From contig CAYRPF010000058.1 in the NCBI GenBank assembly GCA_964426185.1, forward strand, positions 1 to 5,248: 5,248 nucleotides of DNA. Reading direction: 5' to 3'. The translations under genes and the position numbers were made by a program. Each line of letters opens with the position of its first letter. Position 1 is the first letter of the stretch. Source of the stretch: an uncultured archaeon. Its GTDB lineage: Archaea; Asgardarchaeota; Lokiarchaeia; Sigyniarchaeales; Promethearchaeaceae. Under the pieces are notes generated by a model. It worked only from the letters and a program-made list of their open reading frames with translations, made no database searches and was not told the DNA's origin. Positions 1-5,248 of this stretch are shown here, in pieces.

Positions 1-988
1 TTTCTTGAGCTTCTTCTAAAAGAGAAGTAACATCTTTGTATCTACTGGAAAAATGGGTTAAAAATAGCATGCAAACTTCTGCTTCTTTAGCAATTTCAGC
101 CGCCGTAGCTGCAGTTAAATGTTTTTTTTCTTCCGCTAAATCAGCAAATTCTTTTCCATATGTAGCTTCACATATAAATACATCTGCCTTTTTAGCCAGA
201 TTAATTAGACCTACGCATCTTTTGGAGTCAGCACTGTAGCAAATAATCCTTCCGGGTCGAGGAGGAGATACAATTCCGCTTTCGAGTGGATCAATTTCAA
301 TACCACTATTCAATTTAACTTTTTTACCTTTCTGCATCTGTTTCCAAAGAGATCCTCTAGGAACACCCATTTCGATTGCTCTATTTGGATTGAATTTTCC
401 ATCCAGGGGCATTTCTTCAAACCGAAAACCCATAGTAGGAACTGAATGTTCTACCCAAGCATATTTGACTTGGTACTTTTTTGTTGAAAAAACAATATTA
501 TCAGAGCGATTGTATACAGTTCGCTCATAATTAGGTGTTAAAAATTGCGAGTATTTAATTAATCGTGTATTAACATTAAGAACATCAGAGAAAGAATCAG
601 AATTCTCTCCATTTATAATATATGGAGGAATAACTTCAATCACTGTTAAAGGATATTTTTCTGCCTTCAATCCCACTATTTGATAGTGCATTAAAAGAAA
701 GGACGCAATTCCAAACGGACCTATAATTGTGAGGGGTTTGGTTCGAGAGTTGAGATGAAAATTAAATAATAAGCCTGGAAGTCCGATAATATGATCGCCG
801 TGTAGATGTGATATAAAAATTGTAGTGGGAACATTAAATTTCAAATTTGCTGCTTCAAACCTACGTTGAACATCTTCTCCAGCATCAAAAAGTAAAATAT
901 GTCCTGAATCTAAACGCAAGGCAACTGCAGGTAAATTTCGGGTTTTAGTGGGAGTAGCCCCACTGGTTCCTAAAAAAATAAGATCCAT
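1..988 (-). CDS. rnz: Ribonuclease Z (tRNase Z short form, metallo-beta-lactamase fold); 3' end lies beyond the left window edge
   Basis: Hand translation from ATG at 988 is open for 329 codons to the edge: MDLIFLGTSGATPTKTRNLPAVAL...LLFDAGEDVQRR...IFISHLHGDHIIGLPGLL (HxHxDH metal motif)...LTIIGPFG...EHSVPTMGFRFEE...GKFNPNRAIEMGVPRGSLWKQMQKGKKV (exosite/flexible arm)...RPGRIICYSADS...ADVFICEATY...KHLTAATAAEIA...LFLTHFSSRY. All RNase Z motifs occur in the expected order. It is absent from the ORF track, presumably because no stop codon falls in the window. Confidence 0.96.
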   Translation of the reverse strand, partial: MDLIFLGTSGATPTKTRNLPAVALRLDSGHILLFDAGEDVQRRFEAANLKFNVPTTIFISHLHGDHIIGLPGLLFNFHLNSRTKPLTIIGPFGIASFLLMHYQIVGLKAEKYPLTVIEVIPPYIINGENSDSFSDVLNVNTRLIKYSQFLTPNYERTVYNRSDNIVFSTKKYQVKYAWVEHSVPTMGFRFEEMPLDGKFNPNRAIEMGVPRGSLWKQMQKGKKVKLNSGIEIDPLESGIVSPPRPGRIICYSADSKRCVGLINLAKKADVFICEATYGKEFADLAEEKKHLTAATAAEIAKEAEVCMLFLTHFSSRYKDVTSLLEEAQE

Positions 989-990
989 GA

Positions 991-1203
991 TTACTCGTCT
1001 AGTAGTTGTGATACAAATTTAGAGAAATGTCGCTGTGAGTGATAAGTCATTGGAATTTTTAGAATCTCACATTTTTTAGAATTTGGAACGTTATAAATGA
1101 GGGGATGAACTAAATCTTCTATAGGATATTCGTGTTCATTACGAAAAACAGGTTTTTTCGCTGAGGTGATATACCGAATGAAAGCAGTTTTTTGCAAATT
1201 CAT
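991..1203 (-). CDS. Small hypothetical protein (~70 aa, MNLQKTAFIRYITSAKKPVF...SQLLDE), probably co-transcribed with rnz
   Basis: The stop TAA (993-991) lies 2 nt before the rnz ATG (TAA-TC-ATG), and the ORF fills an otherwise empty gap. ATG at 1203 is preferred over the track's GTG at 1278 because the latter would run through the divergent promoter region. No recognisable domain. Confidence 0.5.
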   Translation of the reverse strand: MNLQKTAFIRYITSAKKPVFRNEHEYPIEDLVHPLIYNVPNSKKCEILKIPMTYHSQRHFSKFVSQLLDE

Positions 1204-1318
1204 GGTTCTAATACTATAAAGCCGTTTAAGCATAAAAGAATTTTTTCTTAATGAAGTAAATTTTTTAACCCAATTCACTCATTTATTACTAGCGATCATT
1301 CCATTTGGTAATAAAAAA
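1204..1318. promoter_or_regulatory. Divergent intergenic region with candidate archaeal BRE/TATA elements for both directions
   Basis: Plus strand: GAAGTAAA-TTTTTTAA at ~1253-1268 and TTTATTA at 1282-1288, upstream of the kinase ATG at 1319. Minus strand: GAAAAAATTCTTTTATGCTTAAA about 22-44 nt upstream of ATG 1203. The AT-rich background makes the exact boxes uncertain. Confidence 0.45.
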
Positions 1319-3286
1319 ATGTCCAGTTCTTCTAAAGAATTCCTTCAGTGCCCTCAGTGCAAGACGATATACTTGTTAGATAATAAAGAGACCCATTCGT
1401 GTGAAAAGTGTCAATATCCTAAGTTAGAAAAGATTTCTGGTCGATTTATTTTACGATGCAAGAAATGTGGTCTAACACAAAATAAAAATAGTTTTATGCA
1501 GCTACATGGAAATACTGCCTTAAGCTGTCAAGCCTCAAACTGTAATGGTGATCTAAAAGCAATTCAAATTGGGATAAATCCAAACGCTCCATCAACAGCA
1601 ACAAATAAATCGGGGGCAATTCCGGGATTTGGGGCAGTAAAACCACCTAAAATGCCCAAAAGGAGAAAATTAGCTGCACAAAGTTCTCATGAAGCTGAAA
1701 AATTGGTGAAAACTTTAGCCGCCCAACCAAAACCAAAAATAAAAAAAAGTTCATTTTTCCCCTTTCCAATAATTGAAGAGAGTACCGATGCAATGGAAAA
1801 TGGAAAATCGGGAATACGACCAAATCAACCTCCAGCAGATCTATTTTTACAAAATCTTCAACCTTTTCCCACTTCTACCCCAGCAAAAGAAGAAAAATAT
1901 AAACAAAAAGATCACGCTGGAATTAGAGTTGGGGATGTATTGATGCTAAATGATATTCCATATCAAGTTATTTTAAAAATAGGGACAGGAGGTATGGGCG
2001 CAGTTCATAAAGTCAAAAACTTGAAAACTGGAGAATTTTCTGCATTAAAAGAATTTTATTATACACGTTTTCACGATCCTGAATCAGGAAAAAATTTCTG
2101 TGAGAAATACTGGGAGCGCGAATCCCATATCACAGCAATTCAAAGTGAATCTCCCGAACGTAGCATGAAATTTATTGGAAAACTCCACTTAACACAATTT
2201 CATAACCCTGAATACTACATTTTTCTGGAATATATTGAGGGAACACCACTAGATAAGTGGTATTTGGAAAAATTTCCCGATTTATCACATCTAACCTTAC
2301 CAGTACTTCAAGATTTGATAAAAAATATTTTAATGCCTATCACCCGACATATGTATTTTTGTCATCAAAAGGGTATTGTTCATCGAGATCTTACTGTTCA
2401 AAATATCATGATTGTATCTCCAGATGAAAATACGTATTATCCAATTATAATTGATTGGGGGGTTGCAAAGGAAATTGGATTAGAGAAAATATATAATCCT
2501 CGAAAACCTTACTATGTTTCAGCTACGCCAGAAGCCACGGGAATCCGTAACCGAGGCACACCTCCTGAAGTAATGGCCGGTTTTGAGCCTATTGCCACCA
2601 CAGATGTGTATATGTTAGGACATATCATGTTCTATTTATTTAGTGGAGGTAATTATGCGGGGGCAGCTGCTACAAATGAAGATTTTGTATTACATCCGGG
2701 TGATTTTAATCCGAAACTGCCAGAAGAATTTAATAAATTGGTCGAATACATGACTCAATATGAACCTGCAGATCGAATGGCAGATATGGTTAAAGTTTAT
2801 GATGCACTACAATGGATCTATGAAGCTGCAGATAAAATAATTCAAAAAAGCAAATTACCTCAATCCTGGGCAAAATATTATTTGTATTGTGATTATAATC
2901 AAGGATTTTTGGAAATTCCCCCTCGTCAAATCGTCAATATCGGAAGAGACGAGATATTACATGTGGGTCGAACTCATGAGATGGATGGCCATATTTATAA
3001 TGCACTCTTACCGACCGACGATGGAAAATTTTCCTTTCAATTATATATCGATAATGATATAGCCTATATTCGAGACATTTACTCTCCTATGGGAACATTT
3101 CTTTCCAAATTAACAATGCCAAATCAACAAGTCTATAACAATGTGGCAATAAAAAATTTAGATAACGTGGCAATCCAATTATCATCCGCAAATCTAGGTA
3201 ATATGCTTATTGAAGTCCCATTTGTTGCTCCAGATGGCAAAACATATCGAATACCGTTCAAAATATATAAACAGGAAGTAGAATAA
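1319..3286 (+). CDS. Hanks-type (eukaryote-like) protein kinase with N-terminal zinc ribbons and a C-terminal FHA-like domain
   Basis: Cys pairs C11xxC14, C28xxC31, C47xxC50 and C70xxxxC75; Pro/Lys-rich linker ~aa85-195. Kinase motifs: GTGGMGAV (aa222-229), ALK244, alphaC E268, HRDLTVQN (355-362), DWG (379-381), PPE417, DVYMLG (429-434), R486. C-terminal VNIGR (539-543) and YIRDIYSPMGTFL (583-595) resemble the FHA GR and D-x-x-S-x-NGT motifs. Confidence 0.95.
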   Translation: MSSSSKEFLQCPQCKTIYLLDNKETHSCEKCQYPKLEKISGRFILRCKKCGLTQNKNSFMQLHGNTALSCQASNCNGDLKAIQIGINPNAPSTATNKSGAIPGFGAVKPPKMPKRRKLAAQSSHEAEKLVKTLAAQPKPKIKKSSFFPFPIIEESTDAMENGKSGIRPNQPPADLFLQNLQPFPTSTPAKEEKYKQKDHAGIRVGDVLMLNDIPYQVILKIGTGGMGAVHKVKNLKTGEFSALKEFYYTRFHDPESGKNFCEKYWERESHITAIQSESPERSMKFIGKLHLTQFHNPEYYIFLEYIEGTPLDKWYLEKFPDLSHLTLPVLQDLIKNILMPITRHMYFCHQKGIVHRDLTVQNIMIVSPDENTYYPIIIDWGVAKEIGLEKIYNPRKPYYVSATPEATGIRNRGTPPEVMAGFEPIATTDVYMLGHIMFYLFSGGNYAGAAATNEDFVLHPGDFNPKLPEEFNKLVEYMTQYEPADRMADMVKVYDALQWIYEAADKIIQKSKLPQSWAKYYLYCDYNQGFLEIPPRQIVNIGRDEILHVGRTHEMDGHIYNALLPTDDGKFSFQLYIDNDIAYIRDIYSPMGTFLSKLTMPNQQVYNNVAIKNLDNVAIQLSSANLGNMLIEVPFVAPDGKTYRIPFKIYKQEVE

Positions 3287-3289
3287 GAA

Positions 3290-4420
3290 ATGGTAACTAA
3301 TTCTGACCAAAATATTAATCCTTTGCGCGATCTACTTTACGAAATTGGCAACTTAAACCCGCCTCAATATGTTTGGCAGTGGTTTTTTCGTTATTTTGCA
3401 GGAGGAACCAATAACTTCAAAGATGAGCCAGTTGATCTATTAGAAAATTATGAGAATCTATTTCTTATGGCCATGAAAACCTTAGAGTACAGATATTCAA
3501 CCCAACAATATGCGAAAATTATTCGAGATTTGATGACACCTGATTATACATACTATTTTGTGGGTGACACTCATGGGAGCTTCGATGACACCTATTTGAT
3601 AATTGATTACTTCATAAAGGTTTTTCAAGTAAATCCTAAGGTAAAAATAGTATGGATTGGAGATATGGTTGATAGAAATCCATATGATCTGCAAAATTTG
3701 GCATTTATTCTATCTTTTTGGATACTTTTTCCAGATAATGTATTCATCCTTCGTGGAAATCATGAAGATTCATCAGTGTGTTCAAGATACGGCTTTTCTC
3801 AACACTTATATGAAAAGGCTCAATCTCGCGAAAAATTTGAATCTATATGGAAATTGATTACCAATTTCTTCAGCAAGTTGCCTTTAGGTTTAATATTTCA
3901 GAGTGGGAATAAAAAAGGCTTGGTATTCCATGGAGGGATCCCTTTTGATGTGGCAAATTATCACCCAGTTAATTTAGATGAAATAGAGCAATATTTGAAT
4001 TGTTATCAACTTGAACATTTTGATATGGATGTGTATTCTCAAACAATATTATGGGCAGATCCTGATCCCCAATTATCTGAACCTGTTGCTCCTACGCCAA
4101 GAACTGGACGACCTCGGTTTAGCCAACAAGCTTTCTCTGAATTTATGAGTGTTAATAAATTTGATTTGATGATTCGTGGTCATCAAAAATTTAAAAGTGG
4201 ATATCAACTTTTTTGGAATAACCAATTAATTTCACTTTTCAGCACTTCTACCTATGACGGAAGAAAGATAGGATATGCACGTTTTCTGCGCCTATTTCCA
4301 AATTCACCTATTTCTGAAATTGGACCTGAAGAAGAAGGAAAACAAGGAATCCTATGGGTGAATGGTGAATTTTTAGAACAACAGCTAGCCAAATATTACA
4401 ATGCCAGCACTAAATCATAA
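3290..4420 (+). CDS. PPP-family Ser/Thr protein phosphatase (calcineurin-like metallophosphoesterase, PP1/PP2A-like)
   Basis: GDTHG (92-96), GDMVDRN (124-130), RGNHE (155-159), YGF, HGG (214-216), LWADP (254-258), IRGHQ (295-299) and GYQLF...LISLFSTSTY (304-322). The start is 3 nt after the kinase stop, with AGGAAG upstream. Confidence 0.94.
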   Translation: MVTNSDQNINPLRDLLYEIGNLNPPQYVWQWFFRYFAGGTNNFKDEPVDLLENYENLFLMAMKTLEYRYSTQQYAKIIRDLMTPDYTYYFVGDTHGSFDDTYLIIDYFIKVFQVNPKVKIVWIGDMVDRNPYDLQNLAFILSFWILFPDNVFILRGNHEDSSVCSRYGFSQHLYEKAQSREKFESIWKLITNFFSKLPLGLIFQSGNKKGLVFHGGIPFDVANYHPVNLDEIEQYLNCYQLEHFDMDVYSQTILWADPDPQLSEPVAPTPRTGRPRFSQQAFSEFMSVNKFDLMIRGHQKFKSGYQLFWNNQLISLFSTSTYDGRKIGYARFLRLFPNSPISEIGPEEEGKQGILWVNGEFLEQQLAKYYNASTKS

Positions 4421-4431
4421 GATCCTAAGGA

Positions 4432-4493
4432 TATAAAAAAAAAATTTATAGCCATTCTTCTGATATTATATTGAAAATAATAATAACCGGTGA
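4432..4493 (+). promoter_or_regulatory. Candidate BRE/TATA promoter and Shine-Dalgarno for the BI-1 gene
   Basis: A10 tract (4435-4444) immediately followed by TTTATA (4445-4450). GGTGA at 4489-4493 lies 5 nt before ATG 4499. Confidence 0.5.
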
Positions 4494-4498
4494 ATAAA

Positions 4499-5209
4499 AT
4501 GAAATACTTTGGAGAAAGAGATGTTAATGAAGAACCATTGGGTGAAGATTTCTATAATAAAACAATGCCGACCATTTTTTTTGGAATGGCAATTTGGGCG
4601 TTTTCTGCTCTATTTTTCTCGGGCTTTATCACGGGAAAGCCGATTGTGCCGTCTTTAGGCATTATAATCACCCTAACTATCTTGTATTTTGTAATTTGGA
4701 TTGCTACCATGATTTTAGCCGGCAAGCGTCAAAATGAAATTGCGCGCGTTCTCTTTTTCAGCGCTTCCTTTATTACAGGAATATTAAATTCATTTATTTT
4801 GTTGTCTGGCGCATTAGAGGTTGGCTTGGGGTTAGCTCGAGATTTATTTACTGTAGCATCTATCATCGGTGTTTTTGCGGTTGGTTCCGCGTTAGCTATA
4901 GGATATATGTTCAGGCGAAATTTCAGTTTAAAGTATATTTACTCATTTATGATTTTTGGTGTTATTATTATTTCTATGGAATGGATTTTGTCAATTTTTC
5001 TCAATCAATCATCCGGATGGGTGATATTTATTAGTATTCTCAGCTTAATCTGGATACTTGGAATAACATTATACGATGGAGCAACCTTATCAGCAAAAAT
5101 TGGTGCTGGATATTGGATGATGGCAGTTATCGACGTATTTTTAGATTTGGTTGTTGTAATCATCCGAATTTTTATTATATTGGTTAGAATTTTTGCAGAA
5201 TCGAAATAA
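4499..5209 (+). CDS. Bax inhibitor-1/YccA (TMBIM) family 7-TM membrane protein
   Basis: Seven hydrophobic segments. TM3 ASFITGIL, TM6 ending in TLYD, and TM7 MAVIDVFLDLVVVIIRI match the family LYD...LYLD di-aspartate pattern, with basic KR at the end of TM2. ATG 4499 is preferred to the track's GTG 4490 because the GTG is part of the GGTGA SD. Confidence 0.85.
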   Translation: MKYFGERDVNEEPLGEDFYNKTMPTIFFGMAIWAFSALFFSGFITGKPIVPSLGIIITLTILYFVIWIATMILAGKRQNEIARVLFFSASFITGILNSFILLSGALEVGLGLARDLFTVASIIGVFAVGSALAIGYMFRRNFSLKYIYSFMIFGVIIISMEWILSIFLNQSSGWVIFISILSLIWILGITLYDGATLSAKIGAGYWMMAVIDVFLDLVVVIIRIFIILVRIFAESK

Positions 5210-5210
5210 T

Positions 5211-5230
5211 CTCAACTTTTTTAATTATAT
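5211..5230 (+). terminator. Possible archaeal oligo-T terminator
   Basis: T6 run at 5217-5222, 7 nt after the BI-1 stop, with no hairpin. Weak evidence in an AT-rich context. Confidence 0.3.
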
Positions 5231-5248
5231 CTTATTCTCATAATTTTA

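Noticed and set aside
36-239. 67-aa plus-strand ORF
   Set aside because: Antisense shadow of the conserved RNase Z C-terminal region, with a TTG start and no motifs.
495-630. RNase Z insertion as an intein or bulge-helix-bulge intron
   Set aside because: It is too short and lacks Cys/Ser...His-Asn intein ends. The frame is open throughout, and I could not identify BHB pairing at the junctions.
1204-1278. First 25 codons of the 95-aa minus-strand ORF (GTG start at 1278)
   Set aside because: This start would leave only 40 bp for two divergent promoters, so ATG 1203 is more plausible.
1655-1672. NLS-like PKRRKL in the kinase linker
   Set aside because: Expected by chance in a Lys/Pro-rich disordered linker, and the gene organisation is prokaryotic.
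3497-3694. 65-aa minus-strand ORF
   Set aside because: Lies antisense to the phosphatase GDTHG and GDMVDR motifs; a shadow ORF.
3657-3857. 66-aa plus-strand alternative-frame ORF
   Set aside because: Entirely nested in the phosphatase catalytic core, with no independent support.
4490-4498. GTG start for the BI-1 gene
   Set aside because: The GTG is part of a GGTGA Shine-Dalgarno correctly spaced for ATG 4499.
1-5248. CRISPR array, tRNA/rRNA, transposase or integrase
   Set aside because: No regularly spaced repeats, cloverleaf-like segments or mobile-element motifs were seen, and nearly all sequence is explained by CDSs.

Overview
AT-rich window with archaeal-style signals (TATA/BRE-like boxes, a GGTGA Shine-Dalgarno, a T-run terminator). 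The protein style suggests an Asgard/Lokiarchaeia-like host, but that is inference only. The minus strand carries a ribonuclease Z gene missed by the ORF track (ATG at 988, running off the left edge) with a ~40-aa insertion, preceded by a tightly coupled small hypothetical ORF. Diverging from these across a ~115-bp intergenic region on the plus strand are three genes: (1) a 655-aa Hanks-type kinase with four N-terminal Cys pairs, a Pro/Lys-rich linker, a non-canonical catalytic core (HRDLT, DWG, altered P+1 loop) and a degenerate C-terminal FHA-like domain; (2) 3 bp downstream, a PPP-family (PP1/PP2A-like) Ser/Thr phosphatase; (3) a 7-TM Bax inhibitor-1/YccA (TMBIM) protein, probably with its own promoter. 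The most interesting element is the kinase/FHA plus PPP phosphatase 'writer-reader-eraser' operon. No rRNA, tRNA, CRISPR array or mobile element was seen.
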